Assembly: GCA_022340755.1 (NCBI GenBank)
Contig: JAJDNI010000090.1
Location: 15,897-79,896, forward strand
Direction of reading: 5' to 3'
DNA: 64,000 nt
From: Gemmatimonadota bacterium
GTDB lineage: Bacteria > Gemmatimonadota > Gemmatimonadetes > Longimicrobiales > Gaopeijiaceae
Shown: positions 19,234 to 28,902 of the stretch, in pieces
How the letters are laid out: every line of letters begins with the position of its first letter
Numbering within the stretch: the first letter of the stretch is position 1
Notes under the pieces: generated by a model
Seen by the model: the letters and a program-made list of their open reading frames with translations, nothing else
What the model was told of the DNA's origin: nothing
Database searches by the model: none
Position numbers and translations under genes: made by a program

Positions 19234-20850
19234 GTGAACCCTCCCATGAAGATCCTCGTCACGGACGAGATCGACCACGAAGGCGTGGCGTTGCTCCGGT
19301 CGACACCGGATCTGGTCGTCGACGTCGTGCCCACGCTCCCCCCGGGCGAGCTCATGGCTCGCATCGGCGACTACGATGCCATCATCGGGAGAAGCGCCAC
19401 GCGCATCTCCGACGATCTTCTCCGGGCCGGAAAGCGATTGAAGGTCGTCGGCCGCGCCGGGGTCGGTGTGGACAACGTGGCCATGGATACGGCGACGTCC
19501 CTGGGCATCGCCGTGATCAACGCGCCCGCGGGCAACACGATCGCCGTAGCCGAGCTCTTCTTCGGGACGGTCATCACCTTGCTACGCCACCTCGACCGGG
19601 CCGGGTCGTCCATGCGCGCCGGCCGATGGGATCGCTCTTCACTCAAGGGGAGCGAGCTCAAGGGACGCACCCTGGGAATCGTGGGGTTGGGCCGCATCGG
19701 CGGCGAAGTCGCCCACCGGGCGCTGGCCTTCGGCATGGACGTGGTCGCTAATGACCCCTACATCCCGGCGGAGCGCTTTACGTCCTTGCGTGTCCGGCGG
19801 GCGGAGACGCTGGACCAGCTCCTTCCCCACGTGGACATCGTCACGGTCCACACGCCGCTCACCGACGAGACTCGGGGGCTTCTCGACCGGGGCCGGCTCG
19901 AGCTCCTGAGGGACGGCGGCATCGTAGTAAACATGGCCCGCGGCGGCATCGTCGATGACGCGGCCCTCGTCGACCAGCTCTCCTCCGGCAGGCTCGGGGG
20001 CGCCGTGCTGGACGTCTATCAGAAGGAGCCCCTCGTCGGACAGCATCCTCTTCGCGGCATGGACAACGTGGTGCTGACCCCCCACATCGGCGCGTCCACG
20101 CGGGAGGCCCAGCGGAACGTCGCGGTGGACGTCTGCGCCGCGGTCCGCGATGCCCTCTTGCGCCAGGACTATTCCCGCTCCCTCAACGCCGCCCTGGCCG
20201 GAGAGGATGCGGAAGCGATCCGGCCCGCCATGCGTCTGGCTCGAGCCGCGGCGACGGTGGCGCGCGCCCTCTTGGCGGATGGTGGGCACGCCGTGTTGGA
20301 CACCCTGACGTTGCGCGCGGGCGGCGAGCTCTCGGGAGCCGGCCAGGCTCTGCTGGCCGCTGCATCCCTCGGGGCCCTCGAACACGTCATGGGCTCGGAT
20401 CGGGTCAACCTCATCAATGCACCCGGGCTGGCCACCTCCCGGGGCATCGCTCTGGCCATGGTCTCCTCGAGTGAGCCGCCCCACTCCCGAGCGCTGGAGG
20501 TGCGGTTGCAGGCCGACGGGAACGAGGTGCGCGTCGGAGGCATTGCGCCTGCGGATGCCCCCCCCCGCATCACCCGCATCGGCGCCTTCCATGTGGACGT
20601 GCTCCCCAAAGGCACACTTCTCGTCATGACGAATCGCGACGTGCCCGGAGTGATCGGCCGGGTCGGTACCCTGTTGGGAGAGGCGGGGGTGAACATCGCC
20701 GAGTACCATCAGGCCCGCTTGAGCCAGGGGGGCGACGCCCTGGCGGTGATTACCCTCGACGGGCCCCTTCCGTCGGGCACGCGCGAGCAGCTCCTGGGCC
20801 TGCCCGACGTGCACAGCGCCATGGTGGTATCCCTCTCGTCGGATCGCTGA
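19234..20850 (+). CDS. serA: D-3-phosphoglycerate dehydrogenase (long form with a C-terminal ACT domain)
   Basis: It has a 2-hydroxyacid dehydrogenase NAD domain (GIVGLGRIGGEVA, TPHIGAST) plus intervening and ACT domains (PGVIGRVGTLLGEAGVNIA). Confidence 0.9.
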   Translation: MNPPMKILVTDEIDHEGVALLRSTPDLVVDVVPTLPPGELMARIGDYDAIIGRSATRISDDLLRAGKRLKVVGRAGVGVDNVAMDTATSLGIAVINAPAGNTIAVAELFFGTVITLLRHLDRAGSSMRAGRWDRSSLKGSELKGRTLGIVGLGRIGGEVAHRALAFGMDVVANDPYIPAERFTSLRVRRAETLDQLLPHVDIVTVHTPLTDETRGLLDRGRLELLRDGGIVVNMARGGIVDDAALVDQLSSGRLGGAVLDVYQKEPLVGQHPLRGMDNVVLTPHIGASTREAQRNVAVDVCAAVRDALLRQDYSRSLNAALAGEDAEAIRPAMRLARAAATVARALLADGGHAVLDTLTLRAGGELSGAGQALLAAASLGALEHVMGSDRVNLINAPGLATSRGIALAMVSSSEPPHSRALEVRLQADGNEVRVGGIAPADAPPRITRIGAFHVDVLPKGTLLVMTNRDVPGVIGRVGTLLGEAGVNIAEYHQARLSQGGDALAVITLDGPLPSGTREQLLGLPDVHSAMVVSLSSDR

Positions 20851-20866
20851 ACCGGACGGCGGGCCC

Positions 20867-21535
20867 ATGCACACCGGATGTCGCTTCGCCAGTGTAGTGT
20901 TCGACGTCGACTCCACCCTCGTGGCCATCGAGGGCGTCGACTGGCTGTCGGACCGGCGCGGCCCCGCGGTGGCCGACGCGGTTCGGCAGCTCACGAGCGA
21001 TGCCATGGCGGGCTTGGTCCGACTCGACGATGTGTACCGCAGGCGCCTCGAGCTCATCGCGCCCGGCCCGGCCGACATCGCGGCTCTGGGGGAAGCCTAC
21101 GTCGACGCGGTGGCCCCTGGCGCTCCCGACCTGCTGGCGAGGCTCAGAGCGCACCACGTGGAGGTGTTCCTCGTCAGCGGCGGGATCCGGGACGCCATCC
21201 TCCCCTTGGCGCGCTCCTTCGGCCTCCAGGATGCGCGCGTCCATGCGGTGTCGCTGACGGCGGACGCGCGAGGGCGCTTCACTTCGGCGGCACCATCTCC
21301 CCTCGCCGCGGCAGGTGGCAAGCTCACCGTCGTCGCGGGCCTGGGGCTGGCGCGCCCGGCCCTGGCCGTGGGCGATGGTATCACCGACCTCGAGATGCGT
21401 CCCGCCGTGGACGCATTCGCGGCCTTCACCGGGTTCGCGCGTCGTCCGGCGGTGGTGACGCGAGCCGATGCCGAGTTCGTCGACTTCTCAGCTCTGTCGA
21501 CGTGGATCTTCGGTGAAGAGGTGCCCTGGCGTTAG
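20867..21535 (+). CDS. serB: HAD-IB hydrolase, phosphoserine phosphatase-like
   Basis: HAD-type motifs are present: VVFDVDSTLV, VSGG, and GDGITDLEM. Its position next to serA supports the call. Confidence 0.65.
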   Translation: MHTGCRFASVVFDVDSTLVAIEGVDWLSDRRGPAVADAVRQLTSDAMAGLVRLDDVYRRRLELIAPGPADIAALGEAYVDAVAPGAPDLLARLRAHHVEVFLVSGGIRDAILPLARSFGLQDARVHAVSLTADARGRFTSAAPSPLAAAGGKLTVVAGLGLARPALAVGDGITDLEMRPAVDAFAAFTGFARRPAVVTRADAEFVDFSALSTWIFGEEVPWR

Positions 21536-23664
21536 CGACGGCCCTCCACCGGCGCCCCCTGGCTGATCTCGTCGACGATCCGGTCCGCGTGGTAGACATC
21601 CGCAAGAGCCTCACGGATGGCGCGCACGTCCACCATGATGTTCCGGCCGCGCTCCGGGAGATAGATGAAGTCCCGGCTCAGACCTTCGATGTTCCGATCG
21701 AAGTTGAGGCCCACGAGCGCCAGGTCCTTGGTCACTGCCGGCGAACCGGAGTTCCCACCGTACGTGTCGGCGGTGGAGATGAAGTTCAGCGGTGTGGAAA
21801 GGTCGAGGCCCGCCGGAACAGGCAGCCATCGCTTGGGCAGCTGCCACTCCACGTTGCCGTCGTGCCCGTAGTAGCGGTCGTAGACACCGAAGAAGGTCGT
21901 GTGCGTGGGCGCCAGCGTGCCGTTGTACTCGTAGCTCTTCACCACACCGTCGGTGATTCGCGGGGACGAGGTGGCGTCGGGCGCCACGGCGGTCCCGTAC
22001 ACCTCGAACCGCACCCGGCCGAGATCCGCGGCCAGCTCTCTCTCCCGGTCGCTCACAACCCGGTCCGAGTCCTGGAACCCTGCCACGCGGGGGCCGAGTG
22101 CACGCGCGAGCACCACCGCCGGGTCGTCGGTGGGAATGCCCGGCCCGTTCAGGGCCCGCTCCGTCTGCGCCTGTGTCGCCAGGACGGACCGTGAGAGTAG
22201 AGACGTGGCCGCTCCCTCCGGCGAGCGCCCTTCCAGCGCCGCCACCACCAACGGATCATCGGCGCCCAGATAGCGCTGGAGATCTTCGAAGCGGAGCCGG
22301 AGCAGGTCTTCCTCCATGGCCGCAGGATGGTCCTCGACGTCCCGAAGCCGCGCGCGCGCCTCGTCGAGTGAGGCAGAGGAGGCTCCTTGCGTTTGCGCGT
22401 TCAGCAGGTCGGCCGCCATCATGGCTCGACGCAGCGTGCGCGACCCGTTGGACCCACTGGCCAGGGCGTAGAAGGCACCGGCAGGCCCCGCCAGCGCCCG
22501 CTTGCGGACCTGCAGGCCGGCGATGTCCGCCAGGAGATTCCCATAGCGGCTCTGCAGCTCCGGGTCGTTTCGAATGGCTGCTTCCAACTCTGCCTCGGCG
22601 GCGCGCTTCAGATCCAGGATCTCCGGATCCTGGAGAGCGGCCAGGCGGCCCGTGTACGCCTTGAGAGAGTTGGAAAGCCCGAAGGCGCGGTTGCGCAGGT
22701 CGAGCTGCTCTCCCGTTACCGGATCGGCAGCGTAGGCATCGCGCATCACCTGCAGGCGCGTCTCGTAGTATGCCTTCCGCACCGGGACGAGGACGTCCCG
22801 CTGGTACTCCAACTGGGCCACTGTCTGCAGCCGGTTCGTCGGACCCGGGTTCCCGATGACGAAGACCGGGTCGCCCTCGTCGACTCCATTCCCCCACGTG
22901 AACCACGTCGTGGGATGATACGGCTTGCCGTCCGCATCATAGACGCGATAGAACGCGAAATCCAGCGCATACCGCGGATACGTGAAGTTGTCCGGGTCGC
23001 CGCCGAAGAACCCCATGTCCAGCTCGGCGGCGGCCACAAGGCGCACGTCCCGGAAGCGCCGGAAGACGTACGCCGAGTAGCGACCGCCGTTGTAGAGCGG
23101 GACGACCTGTACGAGCACCTCGTCGGAGCCTTCGTGGGCCTGCTTGAGGCGGCTTTCAACGGCGGCGATGGCCGCTGCCCGCGCCGCACCGCGTCCTTCC
23201 GCGGGAGCGGCATCAACGGCGGCGTAGACCTCGTCGGTCACGTCCTCAACGGCGATGAGCTGGTCGGCACGGTAGCCGGGGATGGGGCGCTCGTCTTCGA
23301 GGGTAGGAGCGTAGAACCCGTCGTCGAGCAGGTGCTCACCGTCCCGGGTCACCGCGACGATGGAGCCCCGGGCACAGTGGTGGTTCGTCACCACGAGGCC
23401 GTCCGACGACACGAAAGACGCCGAGCACCCGGGTATCCTCAGGGCCGCGAGGCGCGCCTTCTCGAACCAGGCGGGAGACGCGTCGAAGCCGTACGTGGAC
23501 GTGAAGTACTCGGCGGGCGGGTACTCGAAGGTCCACATCTTCCCGAAATCGAAGCGGCCCGGCTTCGGTGCGTCGGTGGTCTGAGCGACGACAGGAGCAT
23601 GAAGCGCAAGCATAGTGGCCAGGAAAGCGAGCGCGCCGAAACGGATCCTGAGGTTGCGATGCAT
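21532..23664 (-). CDS. S46 family peptidase (dipeptidyl-peptidase 7/11 type), secreted
   Basis: It has a signal peptide, GCSASFVSSDGLVVTNHHCA (catalytic His region) and YGGNSGSPAV (catalytic Ser). Confidence 0.9.
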   Translation of the reverse strand: MHRNLRIRFGALAFLATMLALHAPVVAQTTDAPKPGRFDFGKMWTFEYPPAEYFTSTYGFDASPAWFEKARLAALRIPGCSASFVSSDGLVVTNHHCARGSIVAVTRDGEHLLDDGFYAPTLEDERPIPGYRADQLIAVEDVTDEVYAAVDAAPAEGRGAARAAAIAAVESRLKQAHEGSDEVLVQVVPLYNGGRYSAYVFRRFRDVRLVAAAELDMGFFGGDPDNFTYPRYALDFAFYRVYDADGKPYHPTTWFTWGNGVDEGDPVFVIGNPGPTNRLQTVAQLEYQRDVLVPVRKAYYETRLQVMRDAYAADPVTGEQLDLRNRAFGLSNSLKAYTGRLAALQDPEILDLKRAAEAELEAAIRNDPELQSRYGNLLADIAGLQVRKRALAGPAGAFYALASGSNGSRTLRRAMMAADLLNAQTQGASSASLDEARARLRDVEDHPAAMEEDLLRLRFEDLQRYLGADDPLVVAALEGRSPEGAATSLLSRSVLATQAQTERALNGPGIPTDDPAVVLARALGPRVAGFQDSDRVVSDRERELAADLGRVRFEVYGTAVAPDATSSPRITDGVVKSYEYNGTLAPTHTTFFGVYDRYYGHDGNVEWQLPKRWLPVPAGLDLSTPLNFISTADTYGGNSGSPAVTKDLALVGLNFDRNIEGLSRDFIYLPERGRNIMVDVRAIREALADVYHADRIVDEISQGAPVEGRR

Positions 23665-23927
23665 GACTGCGTCTCCGTGGGTGGAAACGGAGGGTCACGA
23701 CGGCGGGTCGTCGGCGGGGTTCCCGAAGGGTAGCCAGGCGAGCGCGTGTGCGGGAGGGGAGCGCCGTATCGCCGCTACGACTTGTCGCCCGACCCCACGC
23801 AACGCTTGTTGGGTGGGGGCCCCGTTTCGTGCCTTGCCTGAACACGCGAAAGCCGGGTACCCGCGCCGAAGGCGTTGGTGGCGCGCGGGGTACCCCCTTT
23901 CTCCAGCGACCTGCTACTGTGGGGGTG

Positions 23928-24716
23928 ATGGCTATGCCCCCGCGAGTTACCGTGCCCCTGATCGTCGCCGGACGGCGGATCTCCGTTTCGTGTATGCGAC
24001 GGGAAGGCGCAGAGCCTACGGTCTTCCTGCTGCCTGGCCTCGGCATGCCCGCCACCGAAGCGCTGGGCGTGCCCATCGAGCGCGTGCTCCCCGGGCGGGC
24101 CCTTCTGGTCCCCGATTTTCCCGGCACCGGCGAGACCCCGGGAGTGGCGAACCTCACGGTGGAGCACCTCGCCGACCTGGCGGGCGATCTCGCACGCGTT
24201 CTCGGGAAAGGGCGCGTCGTGGTCGTGGGCCACAGCATGGGCGGCGTCGCAGGCCTGCTCCTGTGTCGACACGAGCCTAGTCTTGTGGCCGGCTTCGTGA
24301 ACGTCGAAGGGAACCTCGGCCCGGGCGACTGCTTCGTCTCGCGCCATGTGGTGACCGAACCGCTCGACGAAGTGGCGGACGCGCTGGCCCATTCCCGTGG
24401 CCCCGGCATGGCGCGCTACGCGGCCACCCTGCGCCGGGTCCGCAGCCGCCGCACGCTCCTGTCCTTGTCGCGATCCCTGGTGGAGCACTGCGCCGGCCCG
24501 CCGCTCCTGGACTGGTTCACCGCTCTGAGCGTTCCGAAGACCTTCGTCACCGGGGCGTCGAGCCGCGGACTTCCCTACCTGACCGACCTGGTGGAGTCGG
24601 GCGTGGCCGTGTTGAGCATCCCCCGTTGTGGGCATTTTCCGATGTACTCGCGGCCCGCGGCCTACTACGCCGCCATCGACCAGTTCGTGAAGGCCGTCTC
24701 CGCCAACCCACACTAG
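23928..24716 (+). CDS. Alpha/beta hydrolase
   Basis: It has a GHSMGG nucleophile elbow and a C-terminal CGHFP. I chose the ATG at 23928; the ORF-track start at 23748 adds low-complexity sequence. Confidence 0.75.
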   Translation: MAMPPRVTVPLIVAGRRISVSCMRREGAEPTVFLLPGLGMPATEALGVPIERVLPGRALLVPDFPGTGETPGVANLTVEHLADLAGDLARVLGKGRVVVVGHSMGGVAGLLLCRHEPSLVAGFVNVEGNLGPGDCFVSRHVVTEPLDEVADALAHSRGPGMARYAATLRRVRSRRTLLSLSRSLVEHCAGPPLLDWFTALSVPKTFVTGASSRGLPYLTDLVESGVAVLSIPRCGHFPMYSRPAAYYAAIDQFVKAVSANPH

Positions 24717-25640
24717 CTACTCGGCATCAAGCTCGTACCGGACGGACGTGATGCGGGCTCGCCAGTATGGCAATTCCCCGCCAGGTACATGCCACTGCGC
24801 GACGGCCTCGGTGGGTACGCGCACGCCCTCGTGCTCCTCGTAGGAGCTGAACCGGCCGGACCACGCCGTGGGCACGTACATTCCGTCGATGTCCCTGGGA
24901 CGTTCGGCCACGAAGACCTCCGTCACCTCGCCTTGCGGGCCGAACCGGAAGTCCGCCGACACCTCCCTCCCGTCTCCGCGCACCGTCGCCCGAGCGCTCG
25001 AATCGTCGAGGGCGGTCCACTCCACGCATCCACCGGGGAGGAGGGCGGTGGGCAGCCAGGGCGTCTCCGCCAACCAGCGCATCATCTCCCCGGTGGCCAA
25101 CTCCCCCGTCCCCTGGGCATCCACGACAGAGACCAACCCCGCCACGGCTGCCCTCATCGTGCCCGCCCCGTCCACGTACGCGTCCACGACACGGATGGCG
25201 ATGCCGGGAGCCAAGCGCATGCGTGCATCCCAAACGAACCCGGGGCGCGAGGACGCGAACACCTGCTCCGCCCGCATGGGAATCCAGGCGTCCGCTGCTT
25301 CGCCCCGGCGGAACTCTCCGTCGGAGACGACGTGGGCACGGACCACCCGGGCCTGGCCGTCCTTCAGGACGGAGCGGAGGTAGCGAGCGACGGGCACCGG
25401 GAGCGCGTCGACGTCCTCGGCCCGAAAGGGCGGACCCGGGGACCCAACGGTCGAGCGCGCCAGGCGAGCACGCAGCGCGTCCGTGCTCCGGCGCCAAGTG
25501 AACGCGCCGAAGACGAGGAGTCCGACGACGGCGAGAGCGATGAGCCCAACCGCCGGAAGGGCGACATCCGTGAACATCGTCGTGGAGGGATTCATGATGC
25601 GGGGTCCCGGCCTCCGTGGGGATCCGTCGGCGCAGGCCAA
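24717..25640 (-). CDS. Hypothetical membrane-anchored protein
   Basis: It has a single N-terminal TM segment (ALPAVGLIALAVVGLLVFGAF) and coding-like composition. I recognised no family with certainty. The start may instead be the ATG at 25595. Confidence 0.5.
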   Translation of the reverse strand: MACADGSPRRPGPRIMNPSTTMFTDVALPAVGLIALAVVGLLVFGAFTWRRSTDALRARLARSTVGSPGPPFRAEDVDALPVPVARYLRSVLKDGQARVVRAHVVSDGEFRRGEAADAWIPMRAEQVFASSRPGFVWDARMRLAPGIAIRVVDAYVDGAGTMRAAVAGLVSVVDAQGTGELATGEMMRWLAETPWLPTALLPGGCVEWTALDDSSARATVRGDGREVSADFRFGPQGEVTEVFVAERPRDIDGMYVPTAWSGRFSSYEEHEGVRVPTEAVAQWHVPGGELPYWRARITSVRYELDAE

Positions 25641-25741
25641 CGATCACACCGACACACCGCGAGGTCCAGCGGCGATGAGCATCGCGAGGCCGAGGAACGG
25701 CGTCGGTGCGAAGGGCCCACGGTTGCCCGGCGTCCGCGCTC

Positions 25742-26929
25742 CTACCCCTCTCGCACCACTTCCGCCACCCGCGCCACCCCTTCGCGGATAGCCTCGGGGG
25801 TGACGTTGCTGAAGTTCAGGCGCATGGCGTTGCGGGTGGCCCCGTGCACCGAGAAGAAGCCGCCCGGCACATACGCCACCTTCTTCGCGATGGCCGACCG
25901 GAAGAGCTCGGTAGCGTCGAGCCCAGGGCGGAGCTCCACCCAGACGAACACCCCGCCCTCGGGCCGGCTCCACTGCGCACCCCCTGTGAGGTGCTCCTCC
26001 AGCGAGCGGAGCATGGTCGCGCACCGTGCCCCGTGCGTTTCCCTCAGGGCGGCGAGATGCCCCTCCAGGCGACCCTGACCCAGGAACTCGGCCACGGCCC
26101 GTTGAACCAGGGTGGAGGACTCGAGATCGATGGACTCCCGCAGCGTGGTGATCCGCGGCATGAGCTCTTCGGGAGCCACCATCCACCCCAGCCTGAGCCC
26201 CGGGGCCAGCATCTTCGAGAAAGAGCCCAGGTAGAACACCATCCCCTCGTCGTCGTACGCCTTGATGGGCGGCCGCGGGTCCCCGGCGAAGCGCAGCGGT
26301 CCGTACGGATCGTCCTCCACGAGGGGGACCCGGTGCTCCGCAGCCAGCCGGGCCAGTCGCTCCCGGCTCTCCGCCGCGATGGACACCCCCAGCGGATTGT
26401 GGAAGTCCGTGACCAACACGAGGAGACGCGGGCGTGGCTCCCGCCGGAAGGCTTCCTCGACCGCGTCCACGTCCACGCCGGTGACGAGGTCGGTGGGCAC
26501 GGTGCGCACCTCCGCGCCCCGCCCCAACGTCACCTGCTGGATCCCGGTGAAGGTGACTTCCTCGATGACGGCCGGGGCGCCGGGATCCAGGAAGAGGCGG
26601 GAGAGGATGGTGAGCCCCTGCTGGTTCCCGTTGGTGATGAAGACCTGCTCCGGCGTGCAGGCGACACCCCGGCTCTCCATGAGCTCGGCGATGCGCGCCC
26701 GCAGGGGCACGTGCTGGGGACTGTACTGAAGGGCGCGGGAGCCGTCCCGGGTCAGCACGGCGTTCAGGCAGGTTCTCAGGCCCTCCAGGGGAAGGCGCTC
26801 ACTGGCGGGCAGGCCACCCGCCAAGGAGATGATCTCCGGGTCGACGGTGAAGCGGAGCAGCTCGCGCAGCACCGAGCGCTCCAGCTTCGTCCCTTCCGTG
26901 CTCAGGGCATGCTCGAATGTCGTAGCCAT
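25742..26929 (-). CDS. PLP-dependent aminotransferase, class I/II (LysN/ARO8-like)
   Basis: The product contains LAGGLPASERLP, NGNQQGL, and the SFSKMLAPGLRLGW Schiff-base lysine motif. Confidence 0.85.
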   Translation of the reverse strand: MATTFEHALSTEGTKLERSVLRELLRFTVDPEIISLAGGLPASERLPLEGLRTCLNAVLTRDGSRALQYSPQHVPLRARIAELMESRGVACTPEQVFITNGNQQGLTILSRLFLDPGAPAVIEEVTFTGIQQVTLGRGAEVRTVPTDLVTGVDVDAVEEAFRREPRPRLLVLVTDFHNPLGVSIAAESRERLARLAAEHRVPLVEDDPYGPLRFAGDPRPPIKAYDDEGMVFYLGSFSKMLAPGLRLGWMVAPEELMPRITTLRESIDLESSTLVQRAVAEFLGQGRLEGHLAALRETHGARCATMLRSLEEHLTGGAQWSRPEGGVFVWVELRPGLDATELFRSAIAKKVAYVPGGFFSVHGATRNAMRLNFSNVTPEAIREGVARVAEVVREG

Positions 26930-27231
26930 AGGCCCCGATCATAGCCCCGGTGACCGGGCGCGCAACGCCTCTCCCGTCTTTCTGGTCATGGAGAGGACTC
27001 CGGCGGGCTCGCGGGCAGCTTCCGCTCGGCTGACGAATCATGCAGTCGCACCCGGATGGGCACACCATCAGGTGGTCGAGACCCTCTGCGCCGAGATCAC
27101 GCGTCCGCACTCACGCATTGGGACGCGTCAGATCGGATGCAGGGGAAGGCGGGCGAGGACGATGACCGAGGCGTACCCGAATGGTACGCCGCTGGTTGGC
27201 GCCCGCAGCCCAACGCAGTCCTGCACCGATA

Positions 27232-27447
27232 TCACGCGTCCACCACCCAGGCTCCGCAGAGTCGGTCCACATCCACATACAAACCCTTCAGCACCGACTC
27301 GTCCTCACGGACACAGTCGATGAGGCGGTCGTACGCGGCCATGGACGCTGCGGGAATCTCCACCTCCTCGTGATGATACGAGCCCTCGTCCACGAAGAGG
27401 AGACGAATCTTGACCTTCGACTTGACCTTCGACCTGACCTTCGGCAT
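27232..27447 (-). CDS. Small hypothetical protein (71 aa), Lys-rich N-terminus, two Cys
   Basis: It starts 10 nt after the VKOR stop and has GC3-rich codon usage. I recognised no family. Confidence 0.4.
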   Translation of the reverse strand: MPKVRSKVKSKVKIRLLFVDEGSYHHEEVEIPAASMAAYDRLIDCVREDESVLKGLYVDVDRLCGAWVVDA

Positions 27448-27457
27448 TAGGCTTCTC

Positions 27458-27907
27458 TCAGGCTCCCCGGATTCGTCGCACCTCGGGCAGCGACGCCAGG
27501 AAGATCAACGTCATGATGATCGCCGATGTCACGCACCACTGGCACCACGCGTGAATGACCGCAGCCTCCAGGTACGTGAGATACAGCGAGATCGCGAACC
27601 CGACCCCACCACCCAGGAGTAGCACGCCGCCCACCGCGCGGGACTCCCTCGCGGAGGGCTGAATCCCCACGAAGGCGGCCACCAGCATGATCGCGTAGCC
27701 CACGACCCCCAGGGCCGCCACCGGGATCGGCCCCATGTGGGAGTAGGGGCTCTGCTGCACCCGCTCGCAGTTGCCCACGCCGCACAGGAGCGAGCCGGTC
27801 CAACCGAGCGAATGGGCCAGAAGGTAGAAGGCGATGAAGAAGCCGATGAGGGCCATCACCGCGATAGCCATGCGATTGGCGGGAGGAGACGCCTGCGCTT
27901 CGCTCAC
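27458..27907 (-). CDS. Vitamin K epoxide reductase (VKOR) family membrane protein
   Basis: It has 4 TM segments, a loop cysteine pair (CGVGNC) and an active-site CXXC (WCQWC). Confidence 0.85.
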   Translation of the reverse strand: MSEAQASPPANRMAIAVMALIGFFIAFYLLAHSLGWTGSLLCGVGNCERVQQSPYSHMGPIPVAALGVVGYAIMLVAAFVGIQPSARESRAVGGVLLLGGGVGFAISLYLTYLEAAVIHAWCQWCVTSAIIMTLIFLASLPEVRRIRGA

Positions 27908-27913
27908 AGTGGC

Positions 27914-28693
27914 TCAGCTTCCACCGGAGGCGGCACTATCCTGGGCGGCCGCCTCGGCCAGCACCTGGTCGACGAGCGCCGCGATGGCCTTGTAGCTGAA
28001 ATCGTCACCCAGGCGCTTGGGCATCCCCTTCTCCAGCCCCACCATGATCGTCGGCGTGCCGTTCAACCCGAGCTGCTGCGCCAGCCTCAGGTTCGCTGTC
28101 ACCACGTCGGCATACTTGTCACTGTTCAGGCACGCGCCGAATGCGTCGGCGTCCATACCCAGGTCCTTGGCATAGCCGATGAACGTCTTGATGGGATTGG
28201 CCTGGAGCACCCAGGAGTTCTGGTTCCGGTAGAGCTCGTCGTGATACTGCCAGAAGCGGTCCTGGTCGACGGCGCACCGCCCTGCGCGCGCGGCAATGAA
28301 CGACGTCGGGTGGATGCTCACCAGCGGGAAGTCGTAGAAGACGAACTTGGCTTTGCCGGGGGTCACGTACTTCGCCTCCACCTGGGGCTGAACCGTGAGC
28401 GCGAACGTGCCGCACGCCGGGCATTCGTAGTCGCCGAACTCGAGGATGGTCACCGGGGCATTGGGATCGCCCTTGGTGATGGCCTGCGCCGCCTTCATGA
28501 GGGCCGTCGGGTCTTCGAGGCCTTTCAGATCCACCGGCGCAGTGGCGGCGGTGCCCATCTTGTGAGAAGCGACCTGGTAGCCCACGGCACCCACGCCGAT
28601 CACGGCCACGAGCCCGAGGGTCCAATAGAACTTGGTCATGTCGGAGCCGCCGGACTTGCGCGCCTCCCTGCGCTGTTGAGCTCTGTTTGCCAC
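27914..28693 (-). CDS. DsbA-like thioredoxin-fold thiol:disulfide oxidoreductase, membrane-anchored
   Basis: The product contains EFGDYECPACG (CPAC). The GTG at 28693 is preceded by GGAGGAG at 5-nt spacing, and I prefer it over the longer ORF start at 28747. Confidence 0.85.
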   Translation of the reverse strand: MANRAQQRREARKSGGSDMTKFYWTLGLVAVIGVGAVGYQVASHKMGTAATAPVDLKGLEDPTALMKAAQAITKGDPNAPVTILEFGDYECPACGTFALTVQPQVEAKYVTPGKAKFVFYDFPLVSIHPTSFIAARAGRCAVDQDRFWQYHDELYRNQNSWVLQANPIKTFIGYAKDLGMDADAFGACLNSDKYADVVTANLRLAQQLGLNGTPTIMVGLEKGMPKRLGDDFSYKAIAALVDQVLAEAAAQDSAASGGS

Positions 28694-28902
28694 GAAACTC
28701 CTCCACGAAGGCCGGTCGTTTCGGCCGCCGGTCATTGGGGCCGGCACGTCGTCGGCTCCCGCTCCGTCACTGCGGACGCTTGTTCGTACTTCCTATTGGT
28801 TCGCTCGAAGGCCCCAAGATGTTTCCCTGCGGCGCCCCGATCAAGCGAGGGCCGGGCTCCCTCACCCGACCCGACGGCCTTCCACGAACCGTGAACGAGC
28901 CA

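Noticed and set aside
21532-21535. Convergent 4-nt stop-codon overlap (TTAG) of the serB-like and S46 genes
   Set aside because: This is a trivial consequence of compact gene packing. There is no evidence of any functional meaning.
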